Below are positions 24,825-38,241 of a DNA stretch of 64,000 nt, one piece after another. Made by a program: the position numbers and the translations under genes. Source of the DNA: Balanoglossus misakiensis (lineage: Eukaryota > Animalia > Hemichordata); assembly GCA_040954595.2 (NCBI GenBank), contig CM082592.2:9287677-9351676 (forward strand), in the 5' to 3' direction. The first letter of the stretch is position 1, and each line of letters begins with the position of its first letter. Under the pieces are notes generated by a model, which saw only the letters and a list, made by a program, of their open reading frames with translations, did not search any database and had not been told where the DNA came from.

Positions 24825-26881
24825 AGTCTGTGTACCAAGGAAGAAATAACACTCAGTATGGTCCAACAGTTCTCCAGAGCGGTCTCCCATATTTAAAATA
24901 TGATAAAAACAACGGTTAACCGAGCTAACGTTGAACACATGTCCCAGAGAAATTCACCCACTTGCCTGTTACTTCATTAATTAAGCTGTCAGGACCACCA
25001 TTGCGTGGGAACTAAAGAGTTCGGTGCATTGCGCTGAAATGGGGTCGAACTTTGCAATAGTACTCCCGAGAACAGGCTGTGTGGAGGTACTGTGTCCAAG
25101 TGAAAGCCCACACTCAAAAAATTAAAACAGGCTCGATTGGCTGTTAATGCCCTTCTTAAATTATCGCCAACGGGTCGATGGTCCCTTTGATTCGGAGGGG
25201 ACAGGTCGAATTTGAATAAACGGATTTTCGGCACTCTGCCGATCGATTCGACGTCCTCAATCGCTCGCTCCACTTTCCTCGACCACCGATGGCATAGTGC
25301 CATTGTCCGGCCGCGGTGTTTGAGGTATTGAATTTTGTGTTACATGCGGCCACAATAGCCCGTGTGTATGGATTAGCCAAATACGATATGTTGTGATGTT
25401 AGAAGTTGAACGCTTTCTACACGGTCCAGAGGAAACGCCAACAGAGGGAACCATTTGGTTAACACTAATCTTGTATGTAGCTGCAATCTGAACGATTTAA
25501 CGCCGCCGTGGTTCCCAATGCGAGAACCTTTATAACGACCGTAACGCTACCGGCTACGTCTAAATGCCGACATTCGAGCGTGCCCTGGACTCCACTGTGG
25601 TGTGCTGAACCCCAAAACTCGAAAAATAAAAAAAATGCGATTCGAGTTCGGGGTTCATTTGTGACTGAGATTGATCATGGTTGTACTGACCGAACGTACA
25701 GGTACATGAACACCTGGGAATTTAATACTGGGCGACCGAGTGTGTCTCTCGATGAGTATGAGAGCGGGTTAGCGCTGAAAAGGGTGATCGGTTATCAATC
25801 GCGTAATCCCACTAGAAAACGCCCGGGTCAGAAGGAGAATACAGCGGACAAAAACGCGGTGTCTTCGGGAGAGCGGTTATCGCGAAGGGAATAACAGTTA
25901 GACCGAAAGGGTATGGTAAATAATCTGATCATTGGCAAAAAAATAGTACAATGGGAACGACAGTGAATTGTTTCGTGTTGATTTAAAATCTTCAAAATTG
26001 GCGCTGTATGGGCGAAGAGATCGCCTGTATCACAAGGAGGGAATGCAAAACGCATTTCCCGAGCCTTAGTTACGGTCTTGATTGCACGCAGGAGGACGCT
26101 TGCTTAGAAACGAAATCTAAAAAAGCCTTTGGTAGTGTGCTCAGAATACGCGAACAACTCCTGCTCGTTTGGACCGTGACTGCCGCCGTTATGTAAGTTC
26201 CGATTGGCAATTGTGCGCACCAAGACAAACACCGTCCCCGGACACTGATGGGACAATTGTCGAGTTTCTTTCAGGGAGGAAAAAGCTGAGAAAATAACAG
26301 CGTTCTGTTAATCAGGTTTCAATTAGTTCCAACCTCTTCTTTTGTTCGTGAACGGTGTCCTCTGTGCGTGTAAAACATGATACGCAAATAACGCCATGAG
26401 TCTCGCAACGGGCAATAATAACACTCGAAGAAAGAAAAAACTGTGTTCGGAGTGGCCTGAAAAGCGTAACACAGTTGTAGTAAAGATTGCAAGAGGCTGA
26501 AGTTAATTAGTATATCTCTGTCTGTGATGTATTATGAGGTATTTGTTGTTTTTGCATTGGGCTTCAATGCCTCAATACCCCGAGATTAATGCTAAACCCT
26601 GTAACTTTTCCATAATCTCCTGATGTAAAAATGTTCCACCGAATGCCATTGGGTTTTTGACGGGAGTGGGGGTTGGTGATTCGGTTCGCCCATATGACGG
26701 GTAGGAATCTGGGTTCCTTAATTGGTCCCTTGGAAAGTCCGAAAATCACTCTCCTTTACCGATCGACTTCTTGGTGTCACGCCACTGATCAGTGTCCGTG
26801 GGATCCTTTTTGCCTCTTGTCTCGCTGCTTTTGGTTCTCAAAAAAATCAATAGTATGTTTATCTGCTTTCTTTTTACTCAC

Positions 26882-27100
26882 CTTTTGCGGTAACAAAGGG
26901 GAGCACCCGCTATCTCAGATCACATTGCGCGAAGTTCCCCGCTTGCTTTTTCTCCCGCCACCTTTTCCCGGACGTTCGCAGGAGGATTTCTTGTCCACAG
27001 CCGAAGTTCTTCTGCCCACATGCGACACCGCTCTCTCGGTTTTCTGTGGTTATAAGATCACCCGGAATAAACAACGCGTCACTGCCACTGCTCTTGGCCT
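26882..27100 (-). other. Candidate non-coding first exon of the Death/TIR gene
   Basis: Consensus donor AAAAG|GTGAGT at about 26882 in GC/CpG-rich sequence upstream of the ATG exon (acceptor at 24827). The short ATG frame inside it stops before the donor. The upstream boundary is a guess. Confidence 0.3.
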
Positions 27101-28207
27101 GCTCGATTCGGTGTCATTTGCGCATGCTTGCACAAAACAATGGAAAGTGATCTTAATAGCCGAAAGTGGTCGGAGAATGTTGAAAAGCGCATATTTTTCG
27201 GCTGCCGTTTCTTCTCCACGTTAATGGACCGCGGATCGGATTCGGCGGAATAATGTAAGGGGCGGCTTACAGTTACACGGTTAATAATTGGCGACTAGAG
27301 GCACGGGACTGCGAAAACACAACGTCCTCCCTCTCCAGCAAAGCCTGATACGTGCGAACACAAAATACAATCTTGTCTTATTTGGCAACCGTGATGAGAA
27401 ACTTGGCAACTTCCTTGGAGACGCGTGACAGTTATTTGCAAAAAAGGGGGAAATCTTAAAACTGAAGATAGTGATTGTGCAGTCAAGGGGAAAATCCGCT
27501 CCAGGATTTTTTTTGTCACCGTGCCAAACTCGCCATTGTTCACAAGACGCGGACTGCGCCGATTTAGTGTGTCATCTCTGCTTTGTCATGGTTATGGTCG
27601 AATTGTTTTCAGTGATCGGGGGATTAGTCTTGGTTCAGGGAAGATGACTGACACTGCATCAACTAACAAAACTGACTCAAATTGTCCCCGATATATATGT
27701 GTGACGCTCACACAAGTCCCTCGTCGCGTTTATAAGGCTCACCGCTGGTGTTGTGTGTACAAATTCGCCATCTTCTCACGCCAATACGGTACAGGACCAG
27801 CAGGTTTTTTTTATCTCACCGTAGATAATGACACAACGAGAATTTGCCTCAGGGCTTCAGGGATTTCCTTTTTACGCTGCCTCATTCAAGGATGTGCCAA
27901 GAACCATTTTTATTCAATTACACATACAGTAAACAAAACCTCTAATTATTTGCTAAAGGCCAATAATTTTCCATTCAAGGGCGCTGTGCATTGCCCCCAA
28001 TTTCAAGTTCATCGCCTCGTGTCCCTTCACCATCTTCGAGGTACAGTTGGAACCATTTTTAAAACTGCTGAAAAATGAACATTTTAAGACTTAAACTGTT
28101 ACTGCGAACCGTGTTACAGTAACGTACAAAAGCACGTCGTTCTCATTGTCCACTATCAGGGCAGTAGACTAGACTCGCAGAAATCTCTGGCCTTCTTGAT
28201 ATTTCGT

Positions 28208-29833
28208 TCAGACTACCATGTCCGGAGAACCGTAGTAAATATATCGGCACATTTCACCGATAGCAGAGTTCATTTCTTTTATATTTTCGCGAGTAAATTC
28301 AGACTTAGATATATTTTCATAAAACGGCCTAAACCACACGTGGATAGTAAAATGTTCTTTATGCCACTTGTAGTGTTCGAAAAAAAGTTCCTTCCATCTA
28401 TGGATATATGGTTTTATCAGACTTTCGGGCTCTATGTGCAAGTGGTGTTTCTGCTTCTCGGCTAACATGTGTTGGCCAATTACCGAGCTGCAACCCCAGC
28501 ATGTAGCGTTATAATTTTTGTAACTTTCGTAGTACATGTTTAGAAATTTTGAAGATCTGCTTGCAATGATCACCGCATTTGACAACGCGATGGATTTTTC
28601 CCTGCCAATTACGTATTCATAGTATCGCAGCGGTTCTAAAGGCGCCAACACGAAAACGTCGATGTCCAAATAAACGCCCCCTCTTTCCCGCAATACCTGT
28701 AACCTAGCTACATCAGCAGAATGCTCCGGCCATTTTGGATTTAGTGTCTTATTGAAAATCTTCGTTGGGCGCATCCTGCTCACGACATTCAGAGTTGGTA
28801 TGAGGTATTTTGCTTCTTCCCAATACTCCCCTGTCGGCTCACAGTCGGTGTGGAAATATATACGGTCTGCTTTCATTATTCTGTGCACGCTCAGCATACT
28901 GATAAGATGTTCAAATTTGAATTGATGACAGGTAAACCAGATGAAATGTGCAATGTTGGGCACTACAAAGTGATCGCTTGGTTTCAGGAATCCGCACTCT
29001 TCGCTCTGAATTTTAGATGCTCCGATGACCTGGTGTACTTCAATCGAAACGTTTCTTTTGAATGCCGTGGCGTTGGTTTTTTCTAACGTCCCGTTTAACT
29101 CTTCGGTTGATTTTGTCCAAGTCGCGTTGTTCTCGTTTCGAAGTGCGTGGAAAGATGGAAAATTCCAAACCTGTTAAGAAAAGTTTTGGATGAGAATGAT
29201 GATGGTTTACTAGGTTTAGGATGAGATCAATCTGATTAAAATCAGATGTAGGGAACGGCGACTTTTTTTTTTAATGCTGTCGCCTCACAACGGCTAAATG
29301 GCATGCATGAGCGTTCTAAAGAAGTGTCGCTTTTTTTCGTGTGGCCATTCCGTAAAATATGTCATCGGCTACATCTCTAATGCGCATTAGGTGGTCGTAT
29401 ACATTTAAGGGCGTTTTCCAACTTGCTGTTTCATGTCTAAGACCAAGTATATATACTGTTTCCACGATTACGGTTGAGGCCAATCTGATTAAAATCATAT
29501 GTAGCTAACGACGACGTGGTTTTTTTATGCTGTCGCCTCACACTAGTGCGAGGTTGGGTTGGGATATAATTCTCGCTTTTTTGAAATCATGTCATTTTCA
29601 CGTACATGTATTTTGATTCTGTCCCGGCCCCAGCATGAGAAAAATGTTTGAAATTTCAGACTTACCTTCTTGTGAACTGCTGATATGATCGGTACTCCAG
29701 AATTGTGGTCGATATTACTGAACCAAAAAATGGACAGGATGGGGCACAAAATTAATACTGACAGAAGAATGACTCTTCTGTGTTTCGATTTCGCTCCCAT
29801 TCTATCATTTCTAGAACAACACCCGACGAGCAT
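28208..29833 (-). CDS. Golgi type II glycosyltransferase, DXD sugar-binding / GT32 family (alpha-1,4-GlcNAc/Gal-transferase-like)
   Basis: Exon 1 runs from 29833 (or ATG 29800) to 29666: basic residues, then the TM segment VILLSVLILCPILSIFWF, then donor AAG|GTAAGT. Exon 2 is 29170-28208, with an N-glycosylation-rich stem, VPNIAHFIWF, HSADVARLQVLRERGGVYLDIDV (DXD) and LSNAVIIA. Confidence 0.9.
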
Positions 29834-30577
29834 TTCCAGCGAACTTGACAAACAAACTCTTAGATATGAACTCCAAACAATTAATTAAAACTTGGAGCAT
29901 CGGCGTTCGAGAAACGGACAGCTATTTCGGATGATAGCAGCCGACCGTCGCTGAATTTTTCCTGTAGTCGAATAATTCCAATTGCATTTTTTTATTTTGG
30001 AGTTCTCGTGAAGAGCTGGGTATTTTCGGTACTAATTATAAAGCACTTTCATATTTATTGTTCAAAACAATTAGGGCAAAATAGTGTGGAGAACGTACAA
30101 ACAACTGAAATAGCCTATGTGAAAGGAACGCGCATACACAAGCCATTTTTAGACAGTAAGCTTGTTTTATCGTCTACTGCTGATATGGTCGGTAGTTTTG
30201 AATAAAGTAGTTGTCGAAATAACTGTAAACTTATGAATCCTGCAATTAGGCCTATAGAAGGTTCTCTGTTTTGAAAAGAGAGTATTGTCGAAATTGAGTT
30301 GGGGTTCAACGAAAATACTTGTTAAGTCCCATTTTCCCAAAGTTTCTGCAATTGGGACGTAATTCAAACCTTATACATGTACTTTAAACCGTAAATTACT
30401 ATTTCATCTTTAATTCATCACACGGTAAACGAAACACTGACCAGCAACGACTGACAAATTGGTAAGCAAACCTCTGGAAACTCTCCCGGGGAAATATATA
30501 TTGGGGGCCGTTGGGGGCGGTCATAAGTAAATCGTGACGTTGGGGGCGCTCTGGCACAAGAAGTCACATTTTCCAAC

Positions 30578-31848
30578 ATGGCGGCCTCCAGTGGACCGGG
30601 GGATGGCGTGAATGGAGATAGTAATATTGCTCTCTTCAGTGATTTAGACTACTCTAATATGCTTGAAGCGTTAATAGGGGAGAAGAAGAAATGGCCTGAA
30701 GAGCCACGGGCCTTCGGCTTTCCTCAGATGCCAAAAACTAAAGACCAGCTTATGATTGAGGGAGTAATGGAGAGTTGCGGTTTCAAAACTGTATTGAGTT
30801 GTGTTCTAGGTGAGGATGTCGATTGGGTGTCATCGTTTAACTGTAGTGCTGTGTTTCATCTAGACGGGGTGGGCGATTCCTCCCCTGTTGACCTGTACTC
30901 TGGGCTACCCACCCTCCAATATGCTGGCAGAGTGGGACATATCCCCCATATTGTTGCCATCCTGGACGAAACATTCGGGTGTCTCTCCAAAGGGTGCCTC
31001 TCCAAAGCCCTTCTCTGGCAATATCACGTGCGTGGTCGAGAATATTGAACTCAAAATACTCAAGTACGTTTTTCATTAACCTGTTGTTGTTGGAAGTACA
31101 TAATTGATAAATGTTTTCTCATGTGTGATATCTGTGTAGGTTTTGCCCTTGGCGGAGCTATTGGTTTATTTGCTGCCAGTGTTGACCCAATTGACCCAGA
31201 CCTTGCCGCAAAGCAGAGAGCAAGGGACATACTCAGAGACATGGGGAAAAGAAGCTTTGTTCACGCCAAAAATTTTGCAGTGATTGGAGCCATGTTCGCA
31301 GCCACTGAATGTGTCATTGAATCTGTAAGTACCACGATAATATATTTCGAAAAATACAAAAGGCTAGGTTTTTGTACAACTTACCTTAATTAATTGTCTT
31401 GTACATGTGAAATGATTTTGTGGCAGTTCGTTAAAATCACCTCTACTAATCCTCCTTTTAGGTCCTATTTGGTTTATGTATATGTACCATTACCTGTGTG
31501 ACCTTGCTTCTGTATGTATGTATTGTATGGATGTACATCAAAAACTTTGAAACCGCTGGGCATATCACCTTGTTTATTATTTTTCAACAGCATCGAGGAC
31601 AGAGTGGTGTACAGAATACATCGCTAGCTGGATGTGTCACTGGTGGCCTCATTGGACTCCGAGGTAAACTAGCAAAATGTTTCTGAAATTTTTGGTAAAT
31701 TGGTACCATGATAACAGTAGCACTGAATCATTTATAGAAATATTGTTCTTTTTCCCTCTTTTCAGCTGGAATCAAACCCGGCATTGCAGGATGTGCTGGA
31801 TTCGCTGCCTTCTCAGCTGCCATAGACTATTACTTCCACATGAGATAA
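30578..31848 (+). CDS. TIMM22: Mitochondrial import inner membrane translocase subunit Tim22 (190 aa)
   Basis: Exons 30578-30809, 31140-31324, 31591-31663, 31766-31848, all in phase. Motifs MESCGFKTVLSCVLGFALGGAIGLF, AKNFAVIGAMFAATECVIES, AGCVTGGLIGLRAG, GCAGFAAFSAAIDYY. Confidence 0.96.
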
Positions 31849-33054
31849 CAAAGACCGGTTTTCATCCATCAATTCATCAAGTCAATGCTAGAATACTTCT
31901 CAGCTTCAGTTTGTGTTCAGCAGTTTATAATCAGGTGTTACTCCTTCAGAGCCCACGAAGGTGACTTTCATCTTCTTTTACATTTGAGAAATTTCCTTGT
32001 TGGAGGACATGCCACCTACATGTATTTTAATGTATAACTCAAGATGCCAGTGTGAAGTTATATTTGCTGATGATAGCTCATTTTATTATCCTGCATTGGA
32101 ACTGTGGCCGTTCTGAGGACTGTGTATAGCAAGCGGGCTTCCGTATGTATCTGACCCAGACGACCATTTGCCTTTAAGTCATGGGTAACAGAATTTACTG
32201 AAGTAATGAAAGGTTTGTAGCTGTAAGTTAGTGTAAATAAAGAGACAGTTGGAAGTTACAGCAATCCTGTTTGTAGTTTTATTTGCAAAGAATACCAGTA
32301 CATTCCATCCTCTGCTTGCCTTGGCCACATCTGCATAAAGTATAATTCTGCTAAGCAATTTCATGATACTGAACTAAGAAGCATACTAAAATATGTATAA
32401 TGTAGATGTATATATAATGTTACTCTATATATAATTCACTAAAAGATTTTTGTAAAGTAAAAGTTTAGTTTCTAAATTTTTCATGTGTTAACTCAAATAA
32501 AACATCATTGGGTGAACTGTCAGCGACATGTCACTACCAATATAAAATTCTGAAGATACTACCCAGTAACTCATTAAATATCACAAGACAATCTAAAATC
32601 TTATTAAAATATGAAACTATAAAACTCCATACTGTGTCACTGATTGGAAGGGCCTTCAAACTCCCCCTGACATATTTCATGAAGTGGATTATACAAGAAC
32701 CACTGCTTACTTAACCAAATTTGCAATGTGTCCGAAAATCCCTCAGTCTGGCAGACAGTGTACATGTATTACAGTATTCTGTCACTATTCGTATGTCATG
32801 ATACATCAGAACATGTGTCCTGGGCAGCCCCTCTACTGCACTGCAATTAGTGGCTGCTACTTTCCCCACACAGTAATGTAATGGTCGAGTAATACCAATC
32901 AAAGGTTGGTTGAGAAAGACTTGCGGCGATTGGCTGGATTCAGCAACTGTTGTGTGTGCAGTCTTCATTGGCCAATCAGAGCGTTGCTTCCACAACATTC
33001 CTGCTGCTGTGTTGTCTCTTTTCTTTTCATTGGTCCGTGTTCTGCCTTTATGAT

Positions 33055-33698
33055 CTATAAATCATAATCCTTCCATAGACTGAAATGAAGAGGGAAAAAA
33101 CCACATTTCAATAGTGTAAGACATGATATAAATTCAGTAAATATTAAAATGATGAGCATGGTGCCAACTACTGTTTAATTTCGGCAAAAATTGGAACTTC
33201 AACATAATAGCTACTCTCATACATGTACCATCAAATATTCCTAGAAATAAAAGAAATATATCTGGATTTTGTCAGGTCATACCCGAGTGTGTATTCTTCA
33301 TCATCTAGGTGCAGTTGTATGAGATCTTTGACTTGTGTTGGAGGATTCAGCCCATGTTTGTCTGCCCTTTCCCATCGCTGCATCCTTGTAATACCTGTGC
33401 ATGGTCCATATTCCAATGTCAAATCAAACTGCTTCAATATCTCCAAGTCTCCTATCCTTGATTGATCGACTGTAGGTGAAGCTGTGTATATAAAGAAAAA
33501 CAATTTGAATTGAAGTAATATTAAGAGGTGTGACGACGGACTGATGATGCCCATTCCAGTCAGCCATTTTTAAATCCCTTTTCTCAATACATACACTTTA
33601 CCTGTTTTTCTGACCTCTTCGACTTTTCTGGTCGATTTTGATTTAGTGGTTGTCTTCCTCTGTTGCGGAAAATGATCTGTGATCAGGCGGTTAGACAT
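33055..33698 (-). CDS. POLD4: DNA polymerase delta subunit 4 (p12), 106 aa
   Basis: Exons 33698-33602, 33481-33283, 33079-33055. N-terminal PIP-like RLITDHF and core LKQFDLTLEYGPCTGITRMQRWERA...GLNPP, ending LWKDYDL*. Confidence 0.95.
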
Positions 33699-34150
33699 AA
33701 TTGGAAAAAAATCGCCTAGTTTGACGGATTCAGGTAATGTTGATGTAGTAACACGTGCTGACTCAGCTGTTCTGGGACCAGGGACGCGGAAGTTGTTTAC
33801 ACCAACACAAATAGATGCAACCACTTTTCCCCCCAAGGTATGTAGTCATGCAAATTGCACATGATAACTTTTTGACACATGCGAATGTTTTCAAATTAAT
33901 AATCAAAATATGAAGAGAACTAAAAGTACATATCGACGTTAAAGGGAAAATACAGATGCCTATCTTTACGAGGAATACTATGCCTCATACTTAGAGTCTA
34001 ACGTTCCCTATCAAATAGTAGACTAATCTAATGGTGAAAGACCCACTAAGTTATTGCGTTATGACCCACGCGCACAGTATACCAACATGAAATTCATAGC
34101 AAACCACACAAATTTTAAAATTTCTATTTGCATAGCAACAAAGATATTAC

Positions 34151-34261
34151 CTTAGGCTACATTGTTTGAAAAACTAACACTTATATTCTCTGTAAACAGT
34201 GTTTTAAAAACTGTCAGTAAGTTAGGGGGCAGTTTTGCACCACCTCCATTCAAAATCCAAA
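34151..34261. promoter_or_regulatory. Compact bidirectional promoter region, POLD4 (-) / TBL2 (+)
   Basis: Minus-strand donor CTAAG|GTAATA at 34151 pairs with an acceptor at 33771 upstream of the POLD4 ATG. The TBL2 ATG sits in an AAAATGGCGG context at 34262, only about 110 bp away. Confidence 0.55.
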
Positions 34262-37200
34262 ATGGCGGATAACGTGGCAGAAACAGCGTCCGAGCAACAA
34301 CCTGCTGCTTTCGGATTAGCTGTCACTCTGGCAGTCGGCGCAGTCGTGTTATTGGTTATGATGGTTTGTAGTGTAAGCAGGGGCTCCAGCAAAGATCAAC
34401 CCCAAGAAGGTGAGTGATTGGTGTGAAATGTTTATGTTGCCTTCGATGAAATGAAACATACTGACACTGCTAATTTCACCCTCAGTGATCATATGCATCT
34501 GGTTACACTCAGAAGTTGTAAACTGTGAGACTGCATTGTAGGTTGATTCCTGCAAGTAGCCTGTGTCCTGAGGGGTGCCCTTCAGCGCACAGATAAATGC
34601 AGGGCAGATGTACAAAATTTGTTCTTTGAAACGTAAACGATTACACCGGACCAAGGTATTATATAACCGTTGAGGGCGTGTTCATGACGTAATGATTTTC
34701 TGCTAGTATTCTCAACAGTAACAACGATTTCAGACTTCACATGTACAGAAGAAGGATATTTATACCAAATGGCAAAGATAAATTTACATAGGTCACCTCT
34801 GAAATCCTGTACTTACTCACTGGTTCCAAGTTTCATTTGTTTTTCCCTCAGCAGAAGAAGAACCGGAGAAGTCAAACAACAAGAAAAAGCCAAGTCAGAG
34901 CAAAAAACAAAAACAAGCCACTGGCAAGCAGAGTAAAAAGACGAACCAGAGTGCTTTTGCCCACCCGTACCTGTGCTGCACGTTGAAGAGCCATACCGAC
35001 ACTGTTGTTGACATTGATTTCAGCATCAATGGGAAATACCTGGCATCAGCAGCAGAAGGTAACTAAAGGACAATTTCTTTCCATGTTCGATTGTTGGAGT
35101 GAAAGTTTAATTGAAATAGGTGGTCTGGTATCTAACTTTATGATGAGACGGTTTTCTCTCTTTTTAGACAGGACAGTGCGAATTTGGAGTGTGAAGGAAT
35201 TCAAAGAAAGAGATCACAAGTAAGTGGGAAATTAAAAAAAAAATTGATTTTCACAAATTTCTGATCATCAAATTTACAGAGCTGTTGCAAACATTGACAA
35301 GTGGCTGGGCGAGCTAATGAAATCAGTAGTGTTGACCGTGTTTTTGGTTGTTTTTACTTAGGTCAATCAGAGGCAATGTTGAGTATGACTGTGCCACAAG
35401 AGTGAAATTCAGCCCCGACTCCAGGTAAGTTGCATAACTGAATTTTCAGTTTAACCCTTTCACCACCATGGTTCAGTCCAAACCCATTGTTGTCTATGGT
35501 AAGGTTGGATCTCTAAAGAGAGAACTGGGGGGTGAAAGGGTTAACAGTTTGCGGAGTCCATCTTAGAGTGCAAAAATACAAATATTTATTCACAAATGTG
35601 TTATCTACTCCCAGGGCCTTTGTCGTGAATCTTGCCAATAGCAATACCCTGCGAATATTCCGACTTGGGAAGAAAGAAGACGGCATTGGAACCAGCATTG
35701 TAGCAAGCCCTGAAGATTTCCCCAAGGTGAGCTAATCCTCATGACCTTTAACCTATGGGGGTATGTAGATAGCCTCATTGTTTTAAGTGATAGAATGCCA
35801 GTATTAAAGTGTCATTGTTTCTTTCCCCAGAAACATACCACAGACATCATCAATATCGGCATTGCATCAAATGGTAAATACATGATGACTGCGTCCAGTG
35901 ACACCACAATAATGCTGTGGAATCTGAAAGGTAAGTTTGAATTTCTACCTGTGATTTTGATTTGTTATTTGTGAAGTTTGCCCTTCAGCGGAACCTGTTG
36001 AACCCTGACCCCATGGTGACCTATGACATCCAGGGTTCTACATAATAAGATGGATCTTTTATGACTCATTGCAGGAGAAGTTCTGACAACCATCAACACC
36101 AATCAAATGCACAATAATTACTGTGCTGTCTCGCCTTGTGGAAGATTTGTTGGCTCGTGTGGTAAGTTTTTCATAGTGGTAATTTTCAGGTACATGTAAT
36201 GCGGTATGATACCTAAAATGTCAGTGTAAATCTTTATGACAGTATATATATGAAAATTCCCCATTACCTTAAAATGTTTTGGGAGGGTGAAATTTGAAAT
36301 CAGTTGCTTCTTGCAAGTGTTTTCACATAGTGGTACTGACACATTCATGAGTCATTTTAGCTGCAGTGCACACCCAGCTGATCATTTTGCCCATTGCTTT
36401 CCTTGCGTGCAGGTTTCACACCTGACGTCAAGATATGGGCCGTGGTGTTCACGAAAACGGGAGAGTTCAAAGAAGTGACCAGGGCAATGGAGCTGAAGGG
36501 ACACAAAGCCAGCGTTTACCATTTTGCGTTCTCCATCGATTCAACAAGGTAACGCCGACACTGGGAATATTTCATTCTTTGGTTTGTGACATCAGAGCTG
36601 TAAGTGTAGAGGCCACCCTCTATAGTTGTGATATGAAATGCAGCAATTATTTATTGAGCCTGTGCAATGTAGACCTTGAAATAAAGAGACACGGAAGTAC
36701 TAGTAGTATTCATTTCTTGTGTGTATCTGTTATTTTACAGAATGGCCACCATTTCTAAAGACGGTTCTTGGAAAATATGGGACACTAATGGTAAGTTATT
36801 TTGTGTGCACATTTTCAACACATTGCTAATTATTTACTTGTTTTCCTAATGATGTTTCACCCAATTATATACTAGTGTTCCTAATGATGTTTCACCCAAT
36901 TATATACTAGTGTTCCTAATGATGTTTCACCCGATTATTTTTTATGCTCTGTCGTCAAAATTTGAAAAACACAGGTTTTGATCATCATCTTCCACTGTAG
37001 TAAGCACCTCTATTCATATGAAAAAATACCTGCTGGAATTTTTACCAATTTGCTGATCAGTACTTATAACCTCTCCTTGTGTTTCTGTGTTTCAGTGGAG
37101 TATGACAAGAATCAAGACCCGTACCTGCTACACACTGGTCAGTTTGACCACACAGGGCCGGCGACAATAGCACTCGCCCCCGATGGCTTGTCGGCTGCCA

Positions 37201-37934
37201 TAGCAACTGGCTATGAGGTCACTCTCTATGATGGTACATCGTGGGATTTGGAAGAAACCTTCAGAGATATTCACACGTGTGAGTGGTCCATCCGCGGCAA
37301 CTAGAATCGTTTCTCATCACAGGAACCAATATTTCAGAGTATAGATTAGTTTTGCTGAATTTTCTTAACAGAGCATTTTTGAGGGTAGTGGTCCAGTTTC
37401 ATTTAGTCTTTGCTATAATTTTTACTCAGCCAATATTTTTTGGCATTTTGTCCCCCATGTATCAAGCTTTACCATTCGTCTCTTACAGTACCCATCAGCA
37501 CGCTCGCCTTTTCGCCAAGCAGTAAATATTTAGTGACGTGCGGCGACAGACACATCAGGGTGTTCCATAATGTGGCTGGCTACAAAGCGACCATCGCGGA
37601 CATGGAGGACAAAAAGAGGAAATCTAGCACCAGTCAAGCCATGAAAGAGAGATTAGATGCCATGATCAAAGAATACACGTGAGTCAGACTTCCACGTTTT
37701 GTGTACTTTAACTGTTGAATACTTTGTTTTCACTGAGACTTGTAGATGCAATGTAGCCCCGCCTCTCATGGGTACAAGACAAATACAAATCTATAAGCCC
37801 TTTGATAAAACTCTGCATTGTATATTCCACAATCATAAATTGAAATTTACCCAGTGATTCACACCATTTCTTCTTTGCTTCACAGGGAAACTTTGAATAC
37901 CATTCTGGATGCCAAGGAAAACGAGAAAAAGTAA
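34262..37934 (+). CDS. TBL2: Transducin beta-like protein 2 (N-terminal TM + WD40 propeller + C-terminal coiled coil), 458 aa
   Basis: 12 exons: 34262-34409, 34852-35058, 35168-35219, 35362-35424, 35615-35726, 35831-35930, 36075-36161, 36413-36548, 36741-36790, 37096-37278, 37489-37678, 37886-37934 (1377 nt). TM segment, K-rich linker, FAHPYLCCTLKSH, GFTPDVKIW, ELKGH, VEYDKNQDPYLL and GDRHIRVFHNVAGY match TBL2. AATAAA at about 38214. Confidence 0.92.
35455..35540. mobile_element. 86-bp piggyBac-type MITE in TBL2 intron 4
   Basis: TTAA|CCCTTTCACC...GGTGAAAGGG|TTAA: perfect 10-bp TIRs starting CCCT, with a TTAA target-site duplication at 35451-35454 and 35541-35544. Confidence 0.8.
36843..36938. 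repeat. 35-bp minisatellite, about 2.7 copies, in TBL2 intron 9
   Basis: Unit cctaatgatgtttcacccaattatatactagtgtt repeated in tandem. Confidence 0.9.
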
Positions 37935-38241
37935 CTGCACTTCTTTGAGTGTCTTCTTTCTGAAATCAAGGCATTCTGTTGTGGAATTCCATAGAGCAAT
38001 ATGATTGCATGTTTTTTTAATTGAAGAAATTTTTATCTGCCATGGTTTCTTACTGCCACCAAGAAGCATGCTGGCAGCTGAGTAGAACGTTTTCCTTAAT
38101 CTCTTATTGTCTTTACCATCCTGACATTTTCAGTATATGAGCATGTATGAGGAGATTGTATCCCTTGCAATGGAGAAATTTGCATTTTTCACGCAACAGT
38201 ATGTAAAATTTTGAATAAAGTGTACCATTTAACACTACCAG

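Noticed and set aside
26673-28078. Plus-strand ORFs of 183 aa and 217 aa
   Set aside because: Non-ATG starts, no domain signatures and no consistent splice structure; likely chance ORFs in promoter or intergenic DNA.
32895-33035. Cluster of CCAAT/ATTGG boxes
   Set aside because: Lies in the POLD4 3' UTR with no nearby gene start; short motifs alone do not support a promoter call.
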